Source: Gammaproteobacteria bacterium (lineage in GTDB: Bacteria; Pseudomonadota; Gammaproteobacteria; G965277405). Taken from it: a stretch of 64,000 bases of DNA. The position numbers and the translations under genes were made by a program. The notes beneath the pieces were generated by a model, which saw nothing but the letters and a program-made list of their open reading frames with translations, had not been told where the DNA came from and did not search any database. The stretch spans positions 2,110,578 to 2,174,577 of the forward strand of contig OZ255726.1 in the NCBI GenBank assembly GCA_965277405.1, given 5' to 3'. Positions 46,642 to 56,147 of the stretch are shown here, piece by piece (position 1 is the first letter of the stretch; each line of letters starts with the position of its first letter).

Positions 46642-46644
46642 GGC

Positions 46645-47176
46645 GTATACAGCATATCCCTCATGAAGCTGGCAGGTGATATATCTCCCCGTTTATTAAG
46701 CTCAAACCAACGCAACCATCCACAATATTTATGAAGATTTTTAGTTGCAACACTATGAAAAGGGGCTAGCCACTGCGATCGATGCCAATCACAGCCTTCA
46801 CTGTAGATGCCTTGCTATTACCGCGTTTTCGCGGCTTGCCCGTGGTTAAATAGCGACTGCCTTTTTCAGAATATTTAAACCAAGTTTCATCCATTGCGAC
46901 AATGCCTGCAAGCTGCTTGCTCATCAGCAAATCAGCCAATTTAAGAAATTTATGCTGGCATGTGAATGCCGTGGTGAGGTTGATGCCGCATTCCTTTGCA
47001 GTAATCCTTTGCAGCAACACGCAGCGATTTCGCATCAACCATCGTTTGTCCAGTATTGTTCCCACAGTTCAGGCTTATGCAGAGCCTTCAATGCTGAACC
47101 CGTTATGCATTATAGGTTTTTAAGCATGACCGACAACGATACCGCTGGACGTTCTGGCGACGTGCCCCACTTATAG
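46645..47176 (-). mobile_element. Degraded copy of the IS1595 element at 116-1139
   Basis: Highly similar to positions about 146-273 and 508-901, with the internal segment deleted at GCCA microhomology; frameshifted and lacking intact termini. Confidence 0.9.
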
Positions 47177-47187
47177 CTAAGGAAGTT

Positions 47188-48240
47188 CTAGTTAAATGAT
47201 GTATGCCGCAATTCATCTACACTCCAACGCGGCATAGCCTGAATTGTTGTTGATTGCTTGGCAATTCCATGCTCAAGGCGTAATGCAGCTGTAAATGCTA
47301 TCATCGCCGCGTTGTCATTGCAGAACGCCTGATCTGGAAAAACAACATCTAGTTGTTTTTCTGCGCTGAGCCGTTGGCGTAGCCGTAGATTTGCACTGAC
47401 ACCACCGCCGACGACTAATCGGTGAATATTATGTTTAGCGCAGATAAAGCGCGCCTTAAGGGTAAGGATATCGACAATGGCAGCTTCAATGCTTGCTGCA
47501 ATATCAACACGTAGCTGGGCTAGCTGTACGTCTGATAATGCCTGTATTGCATAGCGCGCTGCGGTTTTTAGTCCGCTAAAACTCATGTCGCCATTGTTGC
47601 TATGACGCATTGGTCGAGGGAAATTAAAAGCTGTTGGGTTGCCAGTTGCCGCAAGCTTTGCTAATGCGGCACCGCCTGGATATCCCAACCCCAGCATTGT
47701 TGCGGTTTTATCAAACGCTTCACCCGCCGCGTCGTCTAAGGTATCACCAATAATTGTGTAATCACCGAGTGATTTGACCAATATAAATTGAGTGTGTCCA
47801 CCTGATACCAGCAACGATATAAACGGGAAAACTGGTGGACTAGCATGGATAAAGGCTGCGAGCACATGGGCTTCTAGGTGATGGGTTGGAATGGCTGGAA
47901 TGGCTAATGACCATGCGAGTGATGTTGCAAATGCGCTGCCAGTAAGCAATGCTACAATCAAACCTGGGCCTGCGGTATAGCTAATGTGGCTTATTTGTGC
48001 CAAGCTACAATTGCATTTTTGCAATGTTTCATCAATCATTGCTGGCAGGCGTTGGGCATGGTCACGTGCTGCAAGTTCTGGCACAACTCCGTGATACGGA
48101 GCATGCAGAGTATATTGGGAAAAAACCTCGTTTGCTGTTAATCTGCCATGCCAAACTTCATGGGTATAGCTATATACTGCAATGGCAGTTTCGTCACAAG
48201 ATGTTTCGATTGCTAAAATTTTTTTTTGAGAATGAATCAT
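47188..48240 (-). CDS. tsaD: tRNA N6-threonylcarbamoyladenosine biosynthesis protein
   Basis: ILAIETSCDET, GVVPELAARDH, HHLEAH, VSGGHT, DDAAGEAFDK and DNAAMIA; likely start ATG 48240 (the longer ORF overlaps proA). Confidence 0.96.
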   Translation of the reverse strand: MIHSQKKILAIETSCDETAIAVYSYTHEVWHGRLTANEVFSQYTLHAPYHGVVPELAARDHAQRLPAMIDETLQKCNCSLAQISHISYTAGPGLIVALLTGSAFATSLAWSLAIPAIPTHHLEAHVLAAFIHASPPVFPFISLLVSGGHTQFILVKSLGDYTIIGDTLDDAAGEAFDKTATMLGLGYPGGAALAKLAATGNPTAFNFPRPMRHSNNGDMSFSGLKTAARYAIQALSDVQLAQLRVDIAASIEAAIVDILTLKARFICAKHNIHRLVVGGGVSANLRLRQRLSAEKQLDVVFPDQAFCNDNAAMIAFTAALRLEHGIAKQSTTIQAMPRWSVDELRHTSFN

Positions 48241-49504
48241 GAAGTCGCAAACTACTGTAGTTGAATTGTTAAGCCAAGCACAATTGAGCAAAAATGCGAT
48301 TGCCACAGCAACGACTGCACAAAAAAATGCCGCTCTCAACGATATTGCCCAGTTATTGTATGCACAGCAAGCTGATATTATTGCTGAGAATGTTAAAGAC
48401 TTAGCCGCGGCACAGGCGCTTGGGCTAACAGCAGCGCAAATTGATAGATTATTGCTCGATGCGCAAGCTATTGCGGGTATTTGCACCAACGTTGAACAAA
48501 TAATATCGTTAACAGACCCTGTGCGGGCAATGACCGATTTTGTCCGGCAGCCATCGGGGATTAGCGTTGGCAAAATGCGGGTGCCAATAGGCGTTATTGT
48601 TATGATTTATGAAGCGCGTCCAAACGTGACCATCGATGCGGCTGCATTGTGCCTAAAATCTGGCAATGCAGTTATTCTTCGTGGCGGCAAAGAAGCGTGG
48701 CACAGTAATCAAATTTTAGCAAAAATTATCCGCCAAGCCTTAGCCAATAACAACCTGCCCGTCGATTGCGTGCAGATGGTGACATCGACTGACCGCAACA
48801 TAGTCAGCGAACTAATTGCCAATGAAGACGCTGTTGATTTGGTCATTCCACGCGGCAGCAAAAGCTTGATTGCACGCATTGTGCGCGATGCTCGTGTCCC
48901 TGTACTCAAACATTTAGATGGAAATTGCCATGTTTACATCGATGGCGATGCTGATATCAATATGGCCATCAACATTGCGATCAACTCTAAAACACGGCGG
49001 TATGGTGTCTGCAATGCTTGTGAATCATTGGTGGTTGCAGCACCAATATCCGCAGCCATCCTCCCTGTTCTTGGAGACGCCTTATATCAACACCAAGTAA
49101 CGGTGTATGCAGATAGTGCCTCACTTAAATTACTCCCAGCCAGTCCATTGCTGCATGCAGCAACGCAGTCACATTATTCTCAAGAGTTTCTTGGTCCTGA
49201 GATTTCTATTAAAATTGTCCCAGGCATTGCAGAGGCAATAGCGCATATCAATACGTATGGATCACACCATAGCGATACCATAGTCAGTAACAATTACACG
49301 ACAATCAACGCTTTTACCTGCGGCGTAGACTCAAGTTCCGTGCTCGTGAACGCTGCAACAGGATTTGCTGATGGTTTTGAATACGGCTTGGGCGCAGAGA
49401 TTGGGATTTCCACAGCAAAATTACACGTGCGCGGTCCTGTTGGTTTGGAAGGATTAACGATACAAAAATACGTTGTCTTCGGTTCTGGTCAGATCCGCAC
49501 GTAA
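48239..49504 (+). CDS. proA: Gamma-glutamyl phosphate reductase
   Basis: IYEARPNVT, KSGNAVILRGG, VCNACE, GSHHSD and EIGISTAKLHVRGP. Confidence 0.97.
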   Translation: MKSQTTVVELLSQAQLSKNAIATATTAQKNAALNDIAQLLYAQQADIIAENVKDLAAAQALGLTAAQIDRLLLDAQAIAGICTNVEQIISLTDPVRAMTDFVRQPSGISVGKMRVPIGVIVMIYEARPNVTIDAAALCLKSGNAVILRGGKEAWHSNQILAKIIRQALANNNLPVDCVQMVTSTDRNIVSELIANEDAVDLVIPRGSKSLIARIVRDARVPVLKHLDGNCHVYIDGDADINMAINIAINSKTRRYGVCNACESLVVAAPISAAILPVLGDALYQHQVTVYADSASLKLLPASPLLHAATQSHYSQEFLGPEISIKIVPGIAEAIAHINTYGSHHSDTIVSNNYTTINAFTCGVDSSSVLVNAATGFADGFEYGLGAEIGISTAKLHVRGPVGLEGLTIQKYVVFGSGQIRT

Positions 49505-49516
49505 CAACTAGTAAGT

Positions 49517-50140
49517 ATGACGGTGCAAATTTGGTTTGGTGGAAGTTTTGACCCAGTTCACCAAGGGCATTTGCAAATTGCCGCAGCAGTTTCGCTGGTA
49601 TTGCAGCCAGATAAACTCTGGTTTTTACCAACGTATAACAATCAAAACAAACAGCCAAGCTCCGGTTGCCATCGTATAGCAATGCTGCGCTGCGCACTAC
49701 AAGAAACTGGAAACTCGGTATTTGACATCGATTTACGCGAAGTCAACAGCCAGCAAACAAGCTATACGTTTCATACGTTACAAACATTACAGTCAACACG
49801 TCCTGTGCTATTCATGCTCGGAGCAGATGCTTGGACTTCCATTCATAGTTGGTTGTATGTCGAGAAACTCCATACCTTGTGTAATTTATTGGTGGTATGC
49901 CGTGCGCAATACGCGCCACAAAATCAGGATTTACATAATTTTCAACGCGTGCAACAACCAACAGCGTTATTGAATGGCAAAATTGGACAGATATTATTTT
50001 TTAATGCGGGGCATTACGCCAGTAATTCATCTACAATACGCAGCATGTCTAATAATGGACAATGGCAACAGTTAGATAACCTCCATTGGCTACACCCAAC
50101 TGTTCTACACTATATTCAACACAATCGCGTATATGGCTGA
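49517..50140 (+). CDS. nadD: Nicotinate-nucleotide adenylyltransferase
   Basis: GGSFDPVHQGH, SYTFHTL, LGAD and SSTIR. Confidence 0.92.
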   Translation: MTVQIWFGGSFDPVHQGHLQIAAAVSLVLQPDKLWFLPTYNNQNKQPSSGCHRIAMLRCALQETGNSVFDIDLREVNSQQTSYTFHTLQTLQSTRPVLFMLGADAWTSIHSWLYVEKLHTLCNLLVVCRAQYAPQNQDLHNFQRVQQPTALLNGKIGQILFFNAGHYASNSSTIRSMSNNGQWQQLDNLHWLHPTVLHYIQHNRVYG

Positions 50141-50474
50141 GTCACTCTTACAATCTATTAACACAGCAATTCAAGATATCAAAGGCAAAGACTTTACTTT
50201 CATTGACACCCATGAGCAGACGCCATTCTTTGACTGGATAATCATTGTTAGCGGCACTAGCTCAAGGCATGTCCGCGCCATTGCAGATGCCGTTGTAGTT
50301 GCTGGCAAGCAGCATTGCAGCGTTATGCCAAAACTTGAAGGTCAAAGAGATGGAGAATGGCTGCTCGTAGATTTTGTTGCTGGGGTTGTCCACATCATGA
50401 GTAACGAGGCTCGGGAATATTACCAATTAGAACGGCTCTGGCAGCCAATTCGCATGTCAAAAGAAACACAATAG
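50133..50474 (+). CDS. rsfS: Ribosome silencing factor
   Basis: DIKG, SGTSSRHV, EWLLVD..VVHIM and REYYQLERLW. Confidence 0.94.
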   Translation: MAESLLQSINTAIQDIKGKDFTFIDTHEQTPFFDWIIIVSGTSSRHVRAIADAVVVAGKQHCSVMPKLEGQRDGEWLLVDFVAGVVHIMSNEAREYYQLERLWQPIRMSKETQ

Positions 50475-50489
50475 CAAATTAATTGCCGC

Positions 50490-52343
50490 ATGTTTCTGCG
50501 ACTACAAAACTCCACCCCAAGTTCAATTAGTGTCGATCAGTCAATCCAGCTGTGTTTGCGAGAGCGTACCTTGCTGTTATCTATCATCATGCTTACCATT
50601 TTGTTGGCATTGCTGTGCCGAATTGCATATTTGCAACTCGCCAATTTTGATAAATACGCAACACAGGCAGAGCAAAATAGTATTGACACACGGGTATTGC
50701 GGGCGAGTCGAGGTAATATCTATGATAGCAATGGCGTGGTACTCGCCACTAATATTTCCATCGGGACATTGGTGTTTAAACCAACGTTGCAACGCGAAAA
50801 AGACATTGCAATTTTGCAAATATTGACAGATATCCTTGGTGCGGATCAGCAAGCGCTACGCAAGTATCAAGCAATGCTTGCAGCATACCATCCCTCGCAA
50901 GGGACAATAGAAATCAAGAAAAACATAAGCAAAGAAGAAACTGCGATTATTGCGGCAAATTCGTATCGTTTGCCGCATGTGCGAATCGCTCATAAACAAG
51001 TGAGATTCTATCCATACAATCAGATAACCAGCCATGTGTTAGGTTATATCTCAATTGATGCTGCAGAGAAACAACAGCGCGGAGCAAAACATCAAGTTGG
51101 CGTTCTTGGCATAGAACAACAATATGACAGTGTATTGCAAAGCAAAAATGGCTGGCGCGAAGTAGAAATCAACGCGCGCGGTCAAGTGCAACGCACGTTG
51201 TTGCAACAACCTGGTGAGAATGGTGACAATATATACCTATCACTCGATATTAAATTGCAACTGGCAGCATATAACGCCCTTGGTAAAAAAAAGGGGGCTG
51301 TAGTCGTAATAGATATTGCAACAGGCAATATTTTGGCATTAGCAAATAAACCAGGTTATGCTAGCAATAAATTGATGGTTGGCGTCAACCATACAGAATA
51401 TAGGAAACTGTTTGAAAACGAGCACAAGCCTTTTCTCAACCGTGCTGTCAGTGGGATGTATCCCCCAGGCTCAGTTATAAAAGTTTTTTATGCTATGCAA
51501 ATGCTCAAAACGAACACAGTGAGTCCAAACACAACAATTTATGACAATGGCTGGTATTCGCTGCTCCAAGAAGATGGCAGCAAGAAGATTTTCCGCAATT
51601 GGCACCGTACTGCCAGTGGTGTGGTAGACCTTAAGCGCGCAATAATTACTTCTAATGACACTTATTTCTATACTATTGCTGAAAAAGTACGAAATTCATT
51701 TTTCCAAGATAGTCTGCGCTCATTCGCTTTTGATAAAAAAACAGGTGTTGATTTACCATTTGAACCAACACCAGTTATTCCTGACAGCGAATGGAAGTTT
51801 AAAAAATTTGGTGCGCCGTGGTTTCGAGGTGATAACCTCAATTTTTCGATAGGGCAGGGCTTTTTGCAGGTTAGCACGTTGCAGCTGGCACAGGCAACAG
51901 CAGTACTTGCCCGCCAAGGTATTTGGCTGCCAACACATTTGCTCCTTGCTATCAATACCAATAAAGTGAAATGGAAAAATCAAAAACCACAAGTCTTGAT
52001 CGAAGCTCCGCAATGGCAATGGCAATTAGTGCATACTGCTATGTATAATGTATTACACGGTAAAGAAGGTACCGCGAGAAGGGCAGGGTATAGCTTGCAA
52101 GGGAAAGGGGCAGGGAAGACAGGTACATCTCAAGTCATAGCGCTTGGGAAAAAAAAATATAACGCCGCCTCACTTCCAGAAAAATTTCGTGACCATGCAG
52201 TGTTTATTGGTTTTTATCCATTTGACAAGCCCAAAATAGCACTGGCTGTGTTACTAGAGCATGGTGGCTCTGGTGGAAAAGATGCTGGACCTGTCGCCGT
52301 TGCAGTGTTTAATGCATATCACAACCTCACACAGCTGCTGTAA
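50490..52343 (+). CDS. mrdA: Penicillin-binding protein 2
   Basis: RGNIYDSNG, YPPGSVIK (SxxK), SND and KTGT; upstream of rodA. Confidence 0.95.
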   Translation: MFLRLQNSTPSSISVDQSIQLCLRERTLLLSIIMLTILLALLCRIAYLQLANFDKYATQAEQNSIDTRVLRASRGNIYDSNGVVLATNISIGTLVFKPTLQREKDIAILQILTDILGADQQALRKYQAMLAAYHPSQGTIEIKKNISKEETAIIAANSYRLPHVRIAHKQVRFYPYNQITSHVLGYISIDAAEKQQRGAKHQVGVLGIEQQYDSVLQSKNGWREVEINARGQVQRTLLQQPGENGDNIYLSLDIKLQLAAYNALGKKKGAVVVIDIATGNILALANKPGYASNKLMVGVNHTEYRKLFENEHKPFLNRAVSGMYPPGSVIKVFYAMQMLKTNTVSPNTTIYDNGWYSLLQEDGSKKIFRNWHRTASGVVDLKRAIITSNDTYFYTIAEKVRNSFFQDSLRSFAFDKKTGVDLPFEPTPVIPDSEWKFKKFGAPWFRGDNLNFSIGQGFLQVSTLQLAQATAVLARQGIWLPTHLLLAINTNKVKWKNQKPQVLIEAPQWQWQLVHTAMYNVLHGKEGTARRAGYSLQGKGAGKTGTSQVIALGKKKYNAASLPEKFRDHAVFIGFYPFDKPKIALAVLLEHGGSGGKDAGPVAVAVFNAYHNLTQLL

Positions 52344-52355
52344 GGACACAATGTC

Positions 52356-53501
52356 ATGCTGGTATTAACAAATTTTTTTAAACGTGTTGGCTTAATTGAT
52401 GTTCGTGTCAAAACGGTTCCATCGATGCTATACCGCATCAATATTGACCCATTGATGGCATTGTTGCTGGTCTTATTAGCCGCCTACAGCATTGTCATTG
52501 TCAATAGTGCCGTTTCATTAAATCCATCATTTATTCAAGCGCACGTTGTTAGAATTGCAATGGCTTTCTTACTGATGTTCCTAATCGCTCAAGTCAATAT
52601 TAATTTTATTCGAATACTTACTCCATGGATATTTCTTGCAGCCATCATTTTACTGATTGTACTTATTCCATTGGGCAGCATCAAAAATGGCGCAAGAAGA
52701 TGGCTAGAACTTGGCGTTTTTAGCATCCAACCGTCTGAGATTATTAAAATCATCTTGCCAATGTTTCTAGCGTGGTATTTGAGCAAAAGGCAATTACCTA
52801 TTGGCTATTTTGATATCCTCGTTTGCTCGATATCCATCGCCATACCATTTTATTTAGTTGTGCGTCAGCCAGATTTAGGCACGGCAATGATGTTGGGCAT
52901 GATTGGCGTTACGGTGATGTTTTTAGCTGGTCTGCCAAGATTGATTATTGGCCTCGGTTTTACAGCAACAGCGGCTGCTGTCCCAATTATATGGAAATAT
53001 TTTTTACTGGATTATCACAAATCAAGAATTATCACATTTCTAGACCCTGCCAGCGACCCACTTGGTGCTGGCTGGAATATTACTCAATCTATTATTGCCA
53101 TTGGATCTGGCGGCTTTTCTGGCAAAGGATATTTGAATGGCACCCAAGCGCAATTAGAGTTTTTACCAGAAAGTCACACAGACTTTATATTTCCTGTTAT
53201 TGCAGAAGAATTTGGATTCCTAGGCGTATTATTGTTATTTATGTTGTATGCAGCAATCATTATTCGCGGTATAAAAATGGCAACTATGACAAGAAATATA
53301 TACAATCGTTTGGTGATAACTTCATATATATTTACTTTATTCCTCTATATTTTTGTGAATGTCGGTATGGTGTCTGCCATGCTACCGATTGTTGGAGTTC
53401 CACTACCATTTATTAGTTTTGGCGGCACCTCAATGGTAACGTTGATGGTCGGCATGGGTGTATTAATGTCTGCCAATTCACAAAAATACCTACTCGAATA
53501 A
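52356..53501 (+). CDS. rodA: Peptidoglycan polymerase RodA
   Basis: GARRW, QPSE, QPDLGT, LPESHTDFIF and GVPLPFISFGG. Confidence 0.96.
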   Translation: MLVLTNFFKRVGLIDVRVKTVPSMLYRINIDPLMALLLVLLAAYSIVIVNSAVSLNPSFIQAHVVRIAMAFLLMFLIAQVNINFIRILTPWIFLAAIILLIVLIPLGSIKNGARRWLELGVFSIQPSEIIKIILPMFLAWYLSKRQLPIGYFDILVCSISIAIPFYLVVRQPDLGTAMMLGMIGVTVMFLAGLPRLIIGLGFTATAAAVPIIWKYFLLDYHKSRIITFLDPASDPLGAGWNITQSIIAIGSGGFSGKGYLNGTQAQLEFLPESHTDFIFPVIAEEFGFLGVLLLFMLYAAIIIRGIKMATMTRNIYNRLVITSYIFTLFLYIFVNVGMVSAMLPIVGVPLPFISFGGTSMVTLMVGMGVLMSANSQKYLLE

Positions 53502-53502
53502 T

Positions 53503-54498
53503 ATGCTATTACGATTGTACTCAGCCCTTGTTGCTGCTATTAGTATTGGAATTTGCAGCAGTAGTCTTGCCAAAGAATATGATTTTTTACAACATCAGCA
53601 CGTCCATGACTTTATTCATTCATTTGCCCAGCGTTCCGCCTATTCGCAAAATCAACTCGAAGATATTTTTGCAAAAATAACCCATCAACAACGTGTGATT
53701 GACCTCATCAATACACCAGCAGAAAAACAGTACACTTGGCAACGGTATCGACAAATCTTCATTCAACCAACACGTATTGCTGCCGGCAAGAAGTTTCTGC
53801 AACAGCATGCAACAATACTCACAACTTTAGAACGTAAATATGGTGTACCTCGTGAATATCTGGTTGCAATCCTTGGTGTTGAAACAAAATACGGAGCAAA
53901 TACTGGAGGATTTAAAGTTCTAGAAGCACTCGCAACACTGGCATTTGACTACCCACGCCGAGGCGTTTTTTTTACCAACGAGCTTAAGCACTACCTACGC
54001 TTAACAAAAAAAAACAACTTTGACTCATTCCACCTTGTCGGCTCATATGCTGGTGCCATGGGTATTCCTCAATTCATGCCAAGCAGTTATAGCCGCTATG
54101 CCCTTGGCTATAATGGCGCGAAACGATCCGACATATGGACGAACAACTCCGATGCGCTCGCTTCTGTCGCCAACTACTTAGCAAAAAAAGGCTGGCAGAG
54201 AAATCGCACTGTGTTAATCCAAATAGGCAAACCAACAAATCAAGCGCAACGTAACCAAGCCATTGCTGCTGCCAATTCCACGTTAAAACCAAATAATACG
54301 TGGTCAAAAATTTGTAATCTTGGGCTGATTGCCACAACAGGGGTATATGAGGATTCTTCATATGCGTTGTTTCATGTCAAACTCAATGGAGTAGATCAGT
54401 TTTTTGTTGGTAGTTATAATTTTTATGTGCTATCACGCTACAACCCAAACCTGTTTTATGCGCTAGCTGTGCACCAACTTGCAGAACAATTATCATGA
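53503..54498 (+). CDS. mltB: Lytic murein transglycosylase B
   Basis: ILGVETKYG, LAFDYPRR, GSYAGAMG.PQFMPSS, SVANY and RYN...YA.AV. Confidence 0.93.
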   Translation: MLLRLYSALVAAISIGICSSSLAKEYDFLQHQHVHDFIHSFAQRSAYSQNQLEDIFAKITHQQRVIDLINTPAEKQYTWQRYRQIFIQPTRIAAGKKFLQQHATILTTLERKYGVPREYLVAILGVETKYGANTGGFKVLEALATLAFDYPRRGVFFTNELKHYLRLTKKNNFDSFHLVGSYAGAMGIPQFMPSSYSRYALGYNGAKRSDIWTNNSDALASVANYLAKKGWQRNRTVLIQIGKPTNQAQRNQAIAAANSTLKPNNTWSKICNLGLIATTGVYEDSSYALFHVKLNGVDQFFVGSYNFYVLSRYNPNLFYALAVHQLAEQLS

Positions 54499-55700
54499 AC
54501 AACTACTATTCACATATTTTTTCACATATTTTTCGCCATTTGTTTGCTTTCAGTCTTGTTGTCTGCAGCTCAATGGTTTTTTCAGCCACGCCCATTCTTG
54601 GGGTTCCTCCAATCTCAATCAAAGCAAGGTCATATATTCTGTATGATTATTATTCAGGAAAAATCATTGTTGGAAACAACTATAATGCGGAAATTCCACC
54701 AGCCAGCTTAACAAAACTGATGACTAGTTTTATTGTTGCTGAACAAGTTAACGCTGGTAATTTAAAACTTACTGATACGGCAACTGTCAGCAAGAAAGCC
54801 TATAAAGCTCCTGGCTCACGGATGTTTTTAGAGTTCAATAGCAAAGTCAGCATTGATGAACTTCTAAATGGCTTGGTTATTCAATCAGGCAATGATGCTG
54901 GAACAACTCTTGCTGAGCATATTGCAGGTAGTGAACTTTCTTTTGCAAGAATAATGAATACAGAAGCAGAAGCCATTGGCATGACACACTCAAGTTTTAT
55001 GAATGCAACAGGCTTGCCAGAAGAAGAACATTATTCAACGGCGTATGATATGGCATTACTTACGAAAGAAATTATTAGTAGGCATCCACGCCACTATCAT
55101 CGATATGCCAAAAAGTCTTTTACTTATAACAATATTAGACAGCTTAATCGCAATAAATTACTATGGAGAGATGACAGGGTAGATGGTTTAAAAACTGGTC
55201 ATACCCAGGAAGCAGGGTATTCGTTGGTAGCATCAGCAGTTGATAAATCACTGCGTTTAATTGCTGTGGTAATGGGGGCAAAATCTGCTTTAGGACGTAC
55301 CAATGAAGTGCAACGATTGCTACAATTTGGTTTTAATTACTATGAAATGCGCGATATTTTTCCTGCTGGACAAAATCTTGCCACGGCTACCATCTGGTTT
55401 GGAGAGAAAGATCAAATAAATGTCATCAGCGCTACGCCAATAAAAGTGCTTGTTCCAAAAGGACACACGTCGCCACTTAACGCAGTAATGAACATTGACA
55501 CAATTATCAAAGCACCTATTTTAGCAGGTGAGACAGTTGGCTCTGTTGATATCACCTATGAAGGAGAGGTACTGGAAACATTTGAGCTTATTGCTGAAAC
55601 AACTATTGTAGAAGCCACAACTTTTAAAAAGATGTGGCACGGAATTGTGCTCTATTTCAATGATCTTATGAGTAAATTTAACACGATTTTTTTGTCTTAG
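54495..55700 (+). CDS. dacA: D-alanyl-D-alanine carboxypeptidase (PBP5/6)
   Basis: PASLTK, SGND and LKTGHT motifs. Confidence 0.93.
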   Translation: MNNYYSHIFSHIFRHLFAFSLVVCSSMVFSATPILGVPPISIKARSYILYDYYSGKIIVGNNYNAEIPPASLTKLMTSFIVAEQVNAGNLKLTDTATVSKKAYKAPGSRMFLEFNSKVSIDELLNGLVIQSGNDAGTTLAEHIAGSELSFARIMNTEAEAIGMTHSSFMNATGLPEEEHYSTAYDMALLTKEIISRHPRHYHRYAKKSFTYNNIRQLNRNKLLWRDDRVDGLKTGHTQEAGYSLVASAVDKSLRLIAVVMGAKSALGRTNEVQRLLQFGFNYYEMRDIFPAGQNLATATIWFGEKDQINVISATPIKVLVPKGHTSPLNAVMNIDTIIKAPILAGETVGSVDITYEGEVLETFELIAETTIVEATTFKKMWHGIVLYFNDLMSKFNTIFLS

Positions 55701-55737
55701 GGTAGCTTTGATGAAGTTGCTGACGCAGCGAATTATT
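55701..55737. repeat. Mini-element, degenerate copy directly after the dacA stop
   Basis: TTAG then GGTAGCTTTGATGAA-GTTGCT-GACGC-AGCGAA-TTATT. Confidence 0.7.
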
Positions 55738-55789
55738 TGCAATTGCTGATGAAAACAAGGCACAAACAGCAAAAAGATTGTTGCGAAAG

Positions 55790-56147
55790 TTTTATTCGTG
55801 ATTATCTTAATAATCACGAATAAAATAAAACACAAATCTACAAAATACAAATCTGCTAGCTCCCCGCTAATCACGAATAAAACAAAAATAATCACTAATA
55901 AAATAAAACACAAATCTACAAAATACAAATCTGCTAGCTCCCCGCTAATCACGAATAAAATAAAACCCAAATCTACAAAATACAAATCTGCTAGCTCCCC
56001 GCTAATCACGAATAAAATAAAACCCAAATCTACAAAATACAAATCTGCTAGCTCCCCGCTAATCACGAATAAAACAAAACTCGAATCTACAAAATACAAA
56101 TCTGCTTGTTCCTCCGCTAATCACGAATAAAATAAAACTCAAATCTA
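55790..56147. repeat. 57-bp tandem array (5 full and 2 partial units) capped by an inverted copy
   Basis: Unit TAATCACGAATAAAATAAAACCCAAATCTACAAAATACAAATCTGCTAGCTCCCCGC at 55811, 55889, 55946, 56003 and 56060; partial units at 55868 and 56118; inverted TTTTATTCGTGATTA at 55790-55804. Confidence 0.95.

Noticed and set aside
48241-48573. 110-aa N-terminal extension of tsaD in the ORF track
   Set aside because: It is the antisense of proA; TsaD homology begins at about 48240.
55521-56130. ORFs 55521-56099 (-) and 55798-56130 (+) as real repeat proteins
   Set aside because: They are open because the unit is a multiple of 3; one overlaps dacA antisense. There is no independent evidence of coding.
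55811-56147. Possible CRISPR array
   Set aside because: Units are near-identical along their whole 57 bp, with no unique spacers and no cas genes; part of the unit copies the adjacent gene.
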